Counted from the stretch's first letter, positions 1 through 13,600 are shown. The stretch is DNA of 64,000 nucleotides from Azolla caroliniana (GCA_043228905.1 JBHGNT010000022.1:1364001-1428000), one strand, 5' to 3'. The notes: generated by a model from the letters alone, not told the origin. Program-made: numbers and translations.

Positions 1-212
1 TGTATGTTTTTGAAATTCGTCTTTTTTTAGTTACTTCTAAATCACGAAAATAGTGGATTTTTAACCTTTTTCATAGTATGTTTGAACTTGTATGATACTG
101 GTATCAATGTGTTTTGTAAAATCATTGAAAAACCCCTAAAATTTCCCTTCTCCTTCCATTTATGCGCGATCCTTCCACTTGTGAACGCGAACGTGTTCCA
201 ACGGGACAAACA

Positions 213-1196
213 TAGTTCAATCTTCTTCTTGGTAACTCACCACACATCGAAGATATTGCTCTAGTACTTGATTGACGCGTTCCGTCTGCCCGTCTGTTTG
301 TGTGTGAAATGTTGTTGATAACTTGGTGATGGTGTCAAGAATATGGAAGAGACTTTTCCAAAAATGGGAAATAAATGGGGCACCACTATTAGAGACGATG
401 TCATCAGGCAACCCATGGAGGCACACAACATTCGCCAAGATTAGATTCTCTTTTTCTAAGCCTGAGATGGCTTTGAACATGGTATAAAATGCACTATTTT
501 GGTAAATCAGTCCACGACTACCAAGATGGAGTCGTGTCCAGAGAGTGGCAAGTCGGTCATGAAGTCCATAGAAATGGATGAACACGGCCGATCCGGTAGT
601 GGGAGAGGTTGAAGCAGTGCATATGGGTGATGATGGGCTATTTTAGATTGAGCACAAATGTCACAAGTCTTCATGAAGTATTTCACTAGCTTCCACATCT
701 GGGGCCACCAATAGGTCTGAGAGCTCTAAAGTTTTGGCGACTCCAAAATGGCATGCAAGTGAACCATCGTGGCATTAATGTAGAATGCGAACTCGTCACG
801 GCCCTTCTAGGAAATAGACTAGATTGTTCCTCGGAAGTACCCCATGTTGAAAGGAGAATTTTTCAAGGTCATCTCGTTGTGATCGATGAGTTGGGTCCTC
901 AAAACATGCTTTGATTTCTTGAGCAAAGTGATCTGTTGCAATGGCTATGGTGATGCTAGCAAGGAGGGTCTCATCTTGGAGGACATAGGTTGCGAAGATT
1001 TGAACTTGATTAGGCGTCAAAAGACATTGGGATTGTTGATCATATGCCTTATCCCTGGGGCCGGGTGCTAGCTTTGGCCGCCTAGAAAGAATATCGTCTT
1101 TGTTATGTTGGTATCCTGGACAAAACACGGCTTTGAAGTCATAGTCGGCAAGGAAAATTGACCATGGAGCTTGTCGACGATTCAAGGTGCGGGTAG
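213..1196 (-). pseudogene. Ty3/gypsy (Tcn1/Tf1-like) pol fragment G0: RNase H end, integrase zinc finger and core
   Basis: ORF pieces LNRRQAPWSIFLADYDF, CDICAQSK, SISMDFMTDLP..DSILVVVD, HTQTDGQTERVNQVLEQYLRC; broken by stops and frameshifts. Confidence 0.9.
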
Positions 1197-1214
1197 TCTT
1201 GTTCTGTTGCTTAT

Positions 1215-1661
1215 TGTCAAAGTAAACGTGCGGAAGCGTTCCACAAACTGGCTCAGCCGGATAGCAACAGAAGATAAGAAGAAAACTTAACACACATAGA
1301 GAGTACGCGCGGGAGAGATAGATAGAGAGAGAGACAAAACATAAACTCTATTAAAAAATACTCTAAAACTCTATGTACATAGAATGTGCTCAGAGAGCAC
1401 TTTTATACAAGTCCATAAAGGATTGATAGAAGTACTGATAGGTACTTCAATGCTCATACAAGCGACTGTCATTGACTTCCTAAAAATATGCCTATGTACT
1501 AGGCTGGATCTGTAGGCCTCTAACGGCCTACCGGTTTCAATTTGATCCGGCTCCTGGTTTCGGATATCATCCAGACACTGATCCAGTTCTCCGTTCCGGA
1601 TACCGATCTGGCTCTGGCTTATTCAACCGATCTGGATCCGGTTGAGCTTGCTCGCTCAACA
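1215..1661 (-). repeat. 3' LTR of copia A
   Basis: Direct repeat of 7665-8131; adjacent CTCCCCCTC is the PPT on the minus strand. Confidence 0.95.
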
Positions 1662-4600
1662 CTCCCCCTCAAGCTCAACTTGAGGTCGGATCGTGGTGTC
1701 AGTTTTTGTAGTAGCCGGTCCTTCCATCCGGCTCCTTCTGGCATTGTTCCACCTTGCTCGCGCTCCTCGTCTAGTCCGGTCCCATTTGCCACAACCCTTC
1801 TGGTTCTGCGCAGCTCGACCTCCTCGGTTGGCTTGTTTTCTCAACAGGCCCATTTCAGCTCCCTCGCTGCTACGATTCCGACGCTTGTCGACCCGTCGGC
1901 TCCTCCGTGTTTGCGTCGACTTCCGTTGCATTCGTGTCCGCTTGGCCTTCTTCCGGTCAGCTCTGTCCTTCTTGACTCTGCTACTGCTGCCGTTTGCTTC
2001 GACTTGTTCGGATGTGCTGACTCCTTCGGTCGACTCGACTTCCTTTTTCTGCTTATCTCCCCCCCTTGTTCTTTCTTCGTCTCCGGTTCCTTGTTCGGTG
2101 CCATCCGTTCCCGTTCCTATTCTCCCCCTCAAGTGCGGCACGTCAAAATGCTGAACACCGAGCATTTCGGTGAAGTGCTGCAGCTTGTCCGATCTGAGCG
2201 GTTTGGTGACGATATCAGAAACCTACCGATCCATCTGAACATATCGAAGTTCAACTTCACCGCTCAGGACCCACTCACACACGAAGTGGTAATGCACTTC
2301 TATGTGTTTTGTCTGAGCATGGAATACAGGGTTCTTGGCATGTTGAATGCTGCTCATGTTGTCACAGTAGATTGGGATTGGGGTCGGCACCTTGATCCAG
2401 AGGTCTCGCAATAGTCGCCGAAGCCAGATGGCTTCACATGTGGCAATGGTAGTGCCCCGATATTTAGCCTCAGTGCTCGATAGAGCCATTGTTGGTTGCG
2501 TTTTGTTGCTCCACGCAACAACCGCACTACCAAGAGAAAACATGTAACCGGAGGTGGATTGGTAATCCGATGCATCACTAGCCCATTCGGCATCAGTATA
2601 CTCGACTAGCTTCCCAGGTATATCGTGTCGGTATACCAGTCCTCGGTCCTTTGTGGCGCATACATACCGGAGTATCCGGTGTGCGCACTGAAGGTGCTCG
2701 ACGGTCGGCTTATGCATGAACTGGTTGAGCACCCTGACTGGATAACTAATGTCGGGTCGTGTAATCCTCAAGTATATAAGGCTTTCGACAATTTTTCGGA
2801 ACCGTTTCTCGTAGCAGGCCGGTCTGAAGTTGGGACGTAGCTTCAGGTTCCGGTCCAAGGGTGTAGAGATTGGCCGGCATTCCGTCATGCTGAACTTGTA
2901 CAACATATTCAACACATAGTATCTTTGTGACAACAATATGCCATCGAGGGTTCAGATCACCTCGATCCCAAGAAAATAATGAAGGTTCCCTAGGTCCTTC
3001 ATTTCAAATGCGTCCGACATCTGGGACTTCACTCTGCCGATTTCATCGAGTCTGGATCCGGTGATGACTAAATCATCTACATAAAGCAAAATGCAAAGCG
3101 AACCGTACCGTTCTAGATGAACAATGAAGAGTCAAACTTAGAGCTCACAAACCCCATCTTACACAATCGGTGCGTGATCTTCACATTCCAAGCTCGGGGG
3201 GCTTGCTTCAGGCCGTAAAGTGACTTCTTGAGTCGGCATACAACCGACTTGTTCATCTCTGATAAGAAACCGGGGGGTTGGATCATATAGACCCGTTCTT
3301 GAAGATCACCTTGAAGAAATGCATTCTTCACGTCCATTTGGTGAAGATGTCATCCCCTTGCTGCAGCAACAGCCAGTACCACACGAACCGTCGTCATCTT
3401 CACTACCGGAGCGAAGGTCTCGTCGTAGTCGATTCCTTGGGTCAGTGTGTATCCCTTCGCCACTAACCAAGCTTTATACCGGTTGACCGAACTGTCGGTG
3501 TTGTACTTTACCTTGTACACACACTTGGAACCAATCGGTTTGCACTGTCGCGGTGGGTCAACCAGGTTCGCATGTGTCATTGGCATTGAGTGCCCGCATT
3601 TCTTCTTCCATAGCGGCACACCAATTTGCGTGCTTTGCCGCTTCTGCGTAGCTTTCCCGCTCACGCACTTCCGCCACCTTTGTCATGTACACATAATGAT
3701 GCACCATGTACTCATTGTACCTGTATCTCTTTATGAGGTTCTTTTGGCAGGTTGACCAATGTAACTTGTCATTACCCGGTTTGAGGCCCCTCTTGGCCGG
3801 TTCAGACTTCATTTATGAAGATTCCCCTTCTTCCTTTCCGGAGTCGGATTCGCTCTGATCCTACTCATCGGTGCCGGTTTCGTATTCCGACATCTTCTTC
3901 TTCCCCTTTTCCTTGCGTGTGAACCGTCTCCTTAGTTCCTTTCTCGGGGAGAGCATGATAGGGTCTCCACTACTCATCGGTTTTTCATCCGACTGGTCAT
4001 TCCGACCGAGTCACTCATTCGGCCCACTTAGCCGGAATGAGATCGGGCACTCATCTAGAGTACCGAGTTCTTCATCTTCTACTTGAACCTCTTCGGGTTC
4101 ACTAGCCTCATCCTTCGGAATTGGGTCTTCGTCGGGAGGTGGAGTCGGTAGGGTGTACCATGATGCCGACTCATCAAACTCGACATCTCGACTTACTCGT
4201 ACCCGTTTAGTCTGGGGGTTATAACACTTATACCCCTTTTGCTCATGTAAGTAAATGAGTAGGATGCACTTCTCCGACTTCGGATCTAGCTTCTTCGGCT
4301 TCTCATCCGGTACATGCACATATGCTATGCTACTGAATATCCGAAGGTGCCTCAAATTCGGCTTGCGCCCGAAATACAGCTCATGTGTTGACACCTTGTC
4401 TTCGATCCGGTTTTGGATGTAGACGGTCGTCAGGACCGCCTCAGCCCAGTAGAATTGGGGCATGTGCTTCTCCTCCAGCATTGCCCTTGCCGCATCGACG
4501 ATTGACGGGTTCTTCCTTTCGGCCACACTGTTTTGTTCCGGTGTGTATCTGTGGCTGAATTCTCTCTGAATTCCCTTTTGTTGCAGATAACCGATGAATT

Positions 4601-4845
4601 GGCCAGAAAAGTATTCTTTTCCGTCATCCGACTGTAGGCACTTGATCTTCCTCTCCGTTTCCCATTTAACTAAGCTTTGAAGGTTCCGAAAACATTCAAA
4701 GACTTCGCTTTTCTTCTCGATGAGGTAGATCCACGTGTGCCGGCTGTAGTCGTCGATGAAGGAGATGAAATACCGACTCCCGCCAAGACTAACGTTTTGT
4801 GTAGGTCCCCATACATCCGAATGGATTAAGTCGAGCTTGTTACGG

Positions 4846-6024
4846 TGTCGGAATGTATTTCATACACTATGTGAAAAACGTATAAAGTACTCGATTTAAT
4901 AAATATGAAGAAAGCGAAGAAAATATGAGAATACATGTTACATGCATAGGGCAAGATTCAAACCTTGTACCTCCATGTTAATAATTTGAAGACATACCAT
5001 TACACTAACACATTATGAGTTTTAAAAAAGTAGATATCCCACATAGAAAGGTTATTTCACGCATATTTTCTAGGAAAAAAGCTTTAGTTCGAAGAAAAAC
5101 GCATGATAGAAAAAAGCTACACATGCACATTTAGTGTGCATGAACACTATAGTCGATAAAAACGCATGAGGTTAGAAAAAGCATGTTAGAGAAAGCATAT
5201 AGTCTTGTTGAGAGATCAAGCTCAATTTAGTTTAGTTAGTTAGTCAAGCATGTAACTTCGTAGTTACCTAGATAGAATCTAGTTAGAAGTGTTGACTATA
5301 ACGCCTTAAATAGGACCTTGTACTTAAGTGGGATATTCTAGATCCTCCACTCCTAAGTACATTTAATATAGGACGTACATTTTTGTAGCTATATTATCCT
5401 CACACATGTGCACCTTGCACATGAAATTTATATATACCTCATTGTAGGTATTTTTATATTTGACGATTATGTTGCTTATTTAATATAGAGTTTATCATCC
5501 CCAATCTTGTGTTGTTCATAGGTGTAACTTCCTCTCTCTCTCTTCCTCTCACACACATACACACACATATCACTTAATCCTCCTCTTAACTTAATCACAT
5601 AATTAGGTACTAATTAACCCTTGCTTAATTACTGACCCAATTCTTAACAAGTCTATAGTTAGAGAAAAAGCATGGATTGCTAAGACTCTCTCATCACTAT
5701 AGTTAGAGAAAACTTTAGAAATTGGATATATTTCTAAAAAACACCAATTAATAAATTATATTCGTGGGATTCACGAAAGAAACTATACCCGTGGGATTCA
5801 CGAGGTTTCTATATCTCTCTCTTTCAATCTAAATTCATATTCTTATCTTAATATTGATTAATCTAATAAAATACATTATACTCGTGGGATTCACGAGGTT
5901 TTTATATCTCTTTCTTATAATCTATTTATATTCTTATTAGCCTTAAAATTATCCTCCTCCTAGTCTAAAACCCTAACGGTTCCCACCCAACTCAAGCAAT
6001 GATCCGGCGCCGAAAGGCACGACA
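4846..6024 (+). mobile_element. Solo LTR of the Trp-primed gypsy family (same family as 18155-18904)
   Basis: TGTCG..CGACA ends; alignable to 18155-18904; flanks ACGG/ACAA; removing it plus one flank restores copia INT RNRSRNKLD. Confidence 0.85.
5206..5649 (+). mobile_element. Copia-type solo LTR nested inside the solo LTR above
   Basis: TGTT..AACA ends, perfect TSD AGTCT (5201-5205, 5650-5654); absent from the homologous LTR at 18155; start resembles copia D LTR start. Confidence 0.85.
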
Positions 6025-7651
6025 ACAACTCCGGTTTCGTTTGGTGGGGAATGGAAGCTGGTGTTGCTTCCTGAGTTGGCAGGCTTTAGAAATTTGGGCC
6101 TTCTGGTCACTGAATTTCGGCAATCCGAACACAACTTGTTTCGATTGCAGGTCCTGAAGGCTCTGGTAATTGACATGGCCGAACCACTTGTGCCAGAGAT
6201 CGATGTCCGATTCAATCTTCTGTCCTTTGGCAAACATGGCGGTGCCGACGTCATTCGTGTTGAGGATAAACATCCTCCCTTTTCTGCGCCCTTGCGCAAT
6301 TATCCGGCCTTCTTCCTCAATGAGCATTCCTTGGTTGACGATTTGTCCGACCGATACCCGGTTCTTTGTGATAGTCAGAACATCAGCTTTCCCTTTTGTC
6401 CGAAATGGGTCAAAGGGACATTGCCGACATGCACAATCGGGTGAGGGGTGTCGTCTCCGGTTTTGACAATCCCCGATTGTTCCGGTTTCTCTAAAAACGA
6501 GAACCACTCTTCATGGCTCGTCATATGGTTAGATGCTTCGGAATCAACGTACCACACTTCCTCCGATCCGGAAGTGGTCTTCTTCATCAAGTTGGCCTTG
6601 TGCTTCATCATGAAGGCTGGCCCTTTTCTGGTCTTGCTAGTTACGGATCCTTCCGATCCTTCTACGTCGTGCGAGCTTTGCCGGTTTCCCTATTCGGTAT
6701 TGTCGAATCCGGATTTATCCGAATCGGCGCGCTTATTCCAACACTCTCTTTCCCGATGGCCTTTCTTGCCACAATACTAGGATTCCATGTCGGCCTTTAA
6801 TTGCCGGTTTTCGGCTCCGGCTTGACTCCCCCTGTTTGTGGAGGGTCCGAAACTGCTGTTGGGACCATCTCTGTGCCTTCGGTTCTGCTCTTGCCGGTCG
6901 CCTCCATTGCGTGCCAACCTACCTCATCCTCCACACCCATGGGGCCGATCCGCCTCTGTGTACAACATCCGACTTTCCGATTGAGTGGTCCTAGACCCAC
7001 TTGCGTGGTTTTCTTCGACCATCAGCATCGATTGCAAGTTGAAGAAAGACAATGGTTTCTCCCGCGTGTAGATCACCGTCTGGATTGGCTCGTACCGTTG
7101 TGCTAGACCACCGAGGCAGATTTGAACCATCTCATCTTCGTCCACCGTCACGTTGATGGACCCAAGTGCGTAGTAAATCTCCTTTATCTTGGTGGTGTAG
7201 TCGGTTTATGGACATATCCCTCTCTTGGATATTGTTGAGCTATTGTTGGAGCTGCAACTTCCGTGCCATGGTACTAGCGGTGAAAATCTTCCGGAGAATT
7301 TCCCAGTTCTCCTTTGGTGTTTTGGCATCTTTGATGTAGCTGAGCATCTGATCGTGCACACCGGACATGAGGTAGTACAATACTGGGCTCGTTCCTTGCT
7401 TCCATGCCGGGAAGTCCTTGTGTGCCAGCTCCGGCCTACCTCGTTGGTTCCTTCCACATAGCTCCAATATCCATGCCTTAGCAAGTATTGGTGCATTTTA
7501 TATGACTAGGATGCATGGTTGGTCCGGTCGAGCTTCTCTGTTGGAGGTGAACTCGCCATACCTCTGTCCATACCTTTCTCTGTCCGTTGTTACCGGTTAT
7601 TAGGGTTTATCTTTGAAAGCATCTGTCGGATGCAGAGGTTCTGAACCCTCG

Positions 7652-7664
7652 CACTCTGATATCA
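7652..7664 (-). other. PBS of copia A (initiator tRNA-Met type, with mismatch)
   Basis: Minus strand TGATATCAGAGTG directly after the 5' LTR; canonical is TGGTATCAGAGC. Confidence 0.85.
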
Positions 7665-7755
7665 TGTCAAAGTAAACGTGCGGAAGTGTTCGACAAACCG
7701 GCTCAGTCGGATAGCAACAGAAGATGAGAAGAAAACTTAACACACAAAGAGTACG

Positions 7756-7800
<45 letters not shown>

Positions 7801-8131
7801 AAGACAGAACATAAACTCTATTAAAAAATACTCTAAAACTCTGTGTACATAGAATGTGGTCAGTGAGCAGTTTTATACAAGTCCATAAAGGACTGCTAGA
7901 AGTACTAACAGGTACTTCAATGCTCATACGAGCGACTGTCACTGACTCCCTAAAAATATGCCTGCGTACTAGGCTGGATCCGTAGGCCTCTAACAACCTA
8001 CCGGTTTCAATCCGATCCGGCTCCTGGTTTCGGATATCATCCGGACACCGATCCGGTTCTCCGTTCTGGATACCGATCTGGCTCTGGCTTATTCAGCCCA
8101 TCCGGATCCGGTTGAGCTTGCGCGCTCAACA
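7665..8131 (-). repeat. 5' LTR of copia A, with (GA)n tract
   Basis: Direct repeat of 1215-1661; longer GA microsatellite at ~7759-7800. Confidence 0.95.
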
Positions 8132-8183
8132 CTTATGCTCTCGCTTTCTCTTAGTATTTAGCCTCAAGCACCCGTTCGTGACA
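8132..8183. repeat. Short LTR terminus (..GTGACA), continuous with 1197-1214; target of copia A
   Basis: Ends in GTGACA like the chromoviral LTR ends at 22750 and 63572; copia RT sequence begins right after. Confidence 0.5.
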
Positions 8184-10134
8184 GTAAGTTTACATATGAT
8201 GATGGTGAAAAGATTTAATATTCTCCGCTATATAAAAGTATAATTGGGTTATTGATTTATGATGCAATCACAAGGATGGACATTGTTCATGTTGTTGGTG
8301 TTTTGTCACTATTTATGCAAGAGCTCGGTGAATCATTTAAAAGCTGCTAGAAGATTTTTGAGATACATAAAAGGAACAATCAATTATGAATTAATTTATG
8401 ATTATGATGCTAATCTAGGCCCAAAAGGGTATTGTGATGTTGACATGGCTAGATCTCCAAATGATAGGAGAAGCATATCTAGATATGTGTTTATGATAGG
8501 TACAAAAACCATATCATGGAGTTCGAAGCAAGGTTGTTAGGTACGGTACGGATACCATACGTATCTAATGTATTAATACGCGTATAGTACCTCCCAATTT
8601 AAAAATACGTAAAATACGTCATTTACGTATAGTACGTTAAATACTTCTAGAATTTGAAAATTATTTACCTTTCTAAAAAAATATTCGTAATATTGTAAAA
8701 AGCATCTATGTTTACACAATTTTGTGATGTACATTATAGTTCTACATCCTAAAATGCATATAAGACATTTGAAAATTTCACATCCTAAATGTCGACATTC
8801 ACTTGTTCTGTAAATCAGTGTAAGTGAGTATCACGATGTTCTACTTCAAATAGTAATTATTTACGATTATGCTTGCATAGATTGAGGAATCATCTACGAT
8901 TATGACACTCATTATAGGTTTCTCTCTTCGTTTCTCTCTTATTCATCATCATCATCATCTTCTATCTTCTGTGATTATCACACTCAGAGTCAGGACAGGT
9001 TTTTGTCTTCTTTTCTCTCTTTTTCTCCTTCTTCTTTGTCGTCATCTCTTTTGTTCTTCTTTCTTCCTTCTTTGTGCTTCTTTTTCACTAATTTTTTTTT
9101 TTTTGCTTTTGCTTTTTGTTGGGGGTTTACTTTCATTTTTTTATAAATACGTATTACACCCATTTTTTCAAATGTACGTTAAATACTGTATTGGACAAAT
9201 GTACATGATATTTGACTGAACAACATTGAGGTATAGTATGTACTATACAAATTATGAGGTACTATACGTATTTAAACGTTAAATACGGGTACATAAACAA
9301 CCATGGTTCGAAGAAATAACCAACAATAGTGTTGACATTGACAGAAGCAGAGTACAGATCTTTAGGAAATGTTATTTGTGAAGTGATGTGGTTGAAGAAG
9401 CTATTAGGTGATTTACAAATAAGTTATGGTGATTTTATTTTATCTTCAAATAGTATGTCAGCAATCTATTTAACCAAAAATCCAGTATTTCATGCAAGGA
9501 GCAAACACATTGAAGCTCCCTATCATTTCATAAGAGAAAAAGTGATAACCAAAGAAATCCTTTTGTTATATGTTAAGATAGGTGATGAAGTTGCAGATAT
9601 ATTTACAAAGTTTTTGGATTCAGAAAAATTAAAGATGTTTATGCGTCAAATGAACATAAGAGATATATCATCTCGAGCTTGAGGGAGAGTGTTGGAAATC
9701 AAGCTCGTACTTGGAAGGACTTGAACACATGACACATGTTCATGGTTCTTTGGCTTAACCATCAAGCCATTCTTGATTTGTTATATTAGTATAATCAATA
9801 TTATTTAATTATGAAGGTAATTGCATGTCATAGTATAAGCATGCAGTAGTGTGCATGCAAAATGCATGTGTGACAAGTGGTTTTCATTCAAAAGTCCTTC
9901 ACAAGTATAAAAGAAGGCTATAAAGTTTTGAACGTTGCATAATCGTATATGCAAGAACTCATCCTCCCTACATTGTATACATATCTTTTCATTCTTATAT
10001 TATGATAGCTTGAATCTTCCCTTTATATATCTACATAATTTGTTTGTCTATGTTCCTATCTCAATACATGTATGTTATTTATTGATCTTGGGGTCCTACT
10101 ACGTGTTTTGTCATGTTGTGAGACGTGCTCAACA
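8184..10134 (+). mobile_element. Old copia C 3' fragment: RT end, RNase H, PPT, 3' LTR (9690-10134)
   Basis: GYCDVDMA..ISWSSK, EAEYRS..NPVFHARSKHIE..ADIFTK; TTGAGGGAGAG followed by TGTTGG..CTCAACA. Confidence 0.85.
8529..9305 (+). mobile_element. Non-autonomous hAT-type DNA transposon (MITE-like)
   Basis: TIRs CAAGGTTGTT / AACAACCATG; perfect 8-bp TSD GTTCGAAG (8521-8528, 9306-9313); splits RH motif WSSK|KQ; second copy at 37287. Confidence 0.9.
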
Positions 10135-10613
10135 TGAGCCGGATCGGATGAAGAAGCCAATAGCCGAGTCTGTTGAAGAAGCCGACAACCAGAATGACTT
10201 GGAGCCGACAAGCCGTTAGAGGCCTATATTCCTATCTTAGTAAATAGGAATACTATAGGCAATTATGTTAGTGACACATTCATGAGTATTGAAGTACTTG
10301 TGAGTACTTCTGTTAGTTCTTTGGAGAACTTGTATAAAAAGTACTTAGTGAGCACATCATGTTGTACAAAGTTTTATTAATTTGAATCTAGTGTTTTTGT
10401 TGTTTGCTCAACTTTGTCTCTCTCACCCTCCCTACATTCTCTATGTTTACCTAACTGTCTATAGGTGTTCGGCTGAGCTGGCTTTGTCTTGTGTACTAGC
10501 TTCCGCACGCTATTATTTTACATGGTATCAGAGTGTGAGGGTTGAGAATTGTAAAGAATCGGGTATGGATTCTGTGCAGTGGAATAGGTGTGAACTATGT
10601 GTGTGTGTGTGTA

Positions 10614-10657
<44 letters not shown>

Positions 10658-13600
10658 AATAATACACAGAGAATACGCAAGGTAAAAGTATATTAACAAA
10701 GGAGAAAGACTCGACAAAATACAATGTGGGAGGAGGGTGCTTTATATAGTCACCCTCTCTCTTCATTAACTACAAGACTCATGGAGCATGGGGAATGTGA
10801 AAGCTCATAACTTATGTGTCATAAAATATGATTCTATGACTCATACTAAATACTAGAATACAAAGTGGTGACATAATGGTGACTCTTGACCGTTGGAGTG
10901 TCTATTCACTCTCAAGGTGAGTTCACACACTAGACCAAGTTGAGCTTGATTCTCAACACGCCCCCTCAAGCTCAAGTCGGGTCGGTTTCAGACGGTATCC
11001 GAAATCCGCTTCAACTCACGTTCTGGCCTCCGCGTCGACTCGTGTCGACTCACATTTATGTGGAGTTGTGGAATCCATGCTCCAGCTTGCGTTGTGCGTA
11101 GTTGCGAAGTCTGTGCTTCGGCTTGCGTCTTTCTTCGTGGCTTCACGCGGTAGATCGGCTCTTCACGGCTTTGTTGCGCGGTTGTGGAATCTACGCGTTA
11201 TTGCGTATTGTCTTCAGTACTCCCCCTCAAGCTTGGCAGGTCAGGGATTGTCAGTCCGAGATCGGTCATGAATTGCCATAGCTTGTCGGCTCCTAAGGCT
11301 TTAGTGAAGATGTCGGCCGTTTGAAGATTGGTGCTAATGTGTTGTAGGTCGACATCGCCAGCTAGAACGCGCTCTTGGATGAAGTGATAGTGCACTTCGA
11401 TGTGCTTTGTCCGCACATGGAACACTGGGTTCTGAGCCAGATAAATACTGCTCATGTTGTCGCAGTAAAGGGAAGTCAGATCGTTGATGGGTACGCCCAG
11501 ATCCTTGAGTATCCTTTTGAGCCATACGGCTTCACATGCGGCTACGGCTGCGCCCCTGTATTCCGCCTCCATACTCGAAAGAGCGACAGTAGGCTGCTTC
11601 TTGCTACTCCATGAAATCGGTCCACTGTCGAGGGAGAAAACAAATATGGAGGTTGATCTTCTATTGGCTTTGTAGCCGGCCCAATCGGCGTCTGTGTACC
11701 CCTCGAGTCGTATTGGCATCACGGTCTTGTAGAGGATGCCGCAATCCATTGAGCCGCTCACGTATCGTAGAACTCGCTTAGCGCAATCCAAGTGAGCATC
11801 ACGTGGTGTTTGCATGAATTGGCTAAGGAGACTGACCGGATAACTGAGATCGGGTCGAGTGATCGTGAGGTAGATGAGACTCCCGATGAGTTGCCGATAC
11901 TGAGTCGGCTCACACGCTTTGAGATTGCGATCGAGCGGGGTTGCCACGGATTTGCACTCAGCCATACCGAACTTGTATAACAAGTTGAGGATGTAGTGCC
12001 GTTGAGAGATCATGATTCCGGCCGGAGTCCGAATTACCTCGATACCGAGGAAGTAGTGGAGCTCCTTCATGTCCGTCATCTCGAACTTGTCGGAAAGGAG
12101 GGATTTGACCTTATTGATTTCGACGAGGTGCTCACCTCCAATGATTAGGTCATCCACATATAAAATGATGACGATCGGACTTGCAGAATCGCTTTGTATG
12201 TAGAGGGAGTTGTCTGATTTTGACATACGGAAGCCGATTTGATGAAGATATTGCGTTATCTTCGAATGCCAAGCACGCGGTGCTTGCTTGAGGCCGTAGA
12301 GTGGCTTCTTGAGTCGGCATACAACTTTCAGATGGGTGCTTGAGTTGAAGCCGGGTGGTTGTATCATGTACACCTCCTTTGTTAATTTGCCTTGTAGAAA
12401 GGCGTTCTTGACGTCCATTTGATGGAGGTGCCACCCTTCCGCTGCGGCAAGCGCAATTACGGTCCGTACCATTGTCATCTTTGCAACCGGGGCAAAGGTT
12501 TCCTCGTAGTCAACTCTGTGCGTTTGGGCGTAGCCTTTCGCTACGAGTCACGCTTTGTAGCGGTTGACGGAGCCGTCGGCGTTGTACTTCACTTTGTAAA
12601 TCCATCTGCATCCAATCGCCTTTTTGTGTGGGGAGGTGGGAACGAGATCCCACGTCTCGTTCTTCCGTAGTGCCTGCATCTCCTCGTTCATGGCTTCTAT
12701 CCATCGCGGATCCTTGACTGCTTCAGAAAATGTTTTCGGCTCGCGTACTGTCGCCACCTTCATCATAAAGGCATAATGATATGCCATGTAGTCATTGTAG
12801 CCGAATCGGCTGATCGGATTCTTTTCACGGGTGGAGTGACAAAGCTTTTCATTTGCAGAGATGAGGGCTTTCTTAGTTCTGATTGTTACATCGAAGCCGC
12901 CGAACTCACTGTCGAGTGAGTGAGTTGACTCATTGTCGTCGAAGCGATCGTTTGCGTATTCCGCCATTTTCGCCTTGCCTTTGTCCATCTTCGGGCTAGG
13001 CCGTGATGTGCTTTGATCGCTCAAAGGCTCTTGTGGTCCCCTCAGTCGAGTCGTGATCGGACTTTCTTCGAACATGCGCATAAGGCGATCTTCATGCTCT
13101 ATCTTTTGTTCGACGGATTCTGGGTCGAGCGGAGTCGGAGGCGGAGTTGTCTCTTTTCGAGTTGAGGGGTTGTAGCACTTGTACCCCTTTTGCTCCAGTG
13201 AGTATCCTACGAGGATACATTTCTCCGACTTCGTCGGGGATGTGCACGTATGCTATCGCGCGGAATATCCGGGTGTGCGATAAGTTCGGCTTCTTTCTGA
13301 AGTATTTTTCGTGCGGAGTGACCTCGTGCACGCCGGATGTTGTGCACTGGTTCATTAGGTAGACGGTTGTATTTGCAGCTTCGGCCCAATTTGACTTGGG
13401 CATATGCTTGTCATTCATCATGGCCCGCGCTACTTGAAGGATGTGCCGATTTTTGCATTCGGCTACTCCATTTTGTTGTGGAGTGTGTCGGCAAGTGAAT
13501 TCTTGCCGAATTCCTTCCTTTCGAAGATACACCGTGAAATCATCTGAGAAGTACTCCTTGCCGCCATCCGATCGAAGACAACGTACATGTCGGCCCGTGG

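Larger units (their letters stand above)
2110..7560 (-). pseudogene. Copia A gag-pol, degenerate and interrupted at 4846-6024
   Basis: MHQYLLRHGYWSYVEG (gag), WYVDSEASNHM (PR), AERKN (INT), MDVKNAFLQGDL (RT), YTDAEWA..KHIEVHYHF (RH). Confidence 0.92.
1215..8131 (-). mobile_element. Full-length decayed Ty1/copia element A
   Basis: TG..CA LTR pair, TSD CTTAT at 1210-1214 and 8132-8136, Met-type PBS, PPT at 1662-1670, domain order gag-PR-INT-RT-RH. Confidence 0.95.

Noticed and set aside
1-212. Unassigned AT-rich start and 60-aa ORF
   Set aside because: No recognisable motif; truncated by the window edge
1542-2414. 290-aa antisense ORF or env-like ORF in copia A 3' region
   Set aside because: Begins within the LTR, low complexity, no counterpart seen in D or F
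4838-4845. LTR starting at TGTTACGG
   Set aside because: These bases belong to the host copia frame; homology with 18155 and 30215 puts the start at 4846
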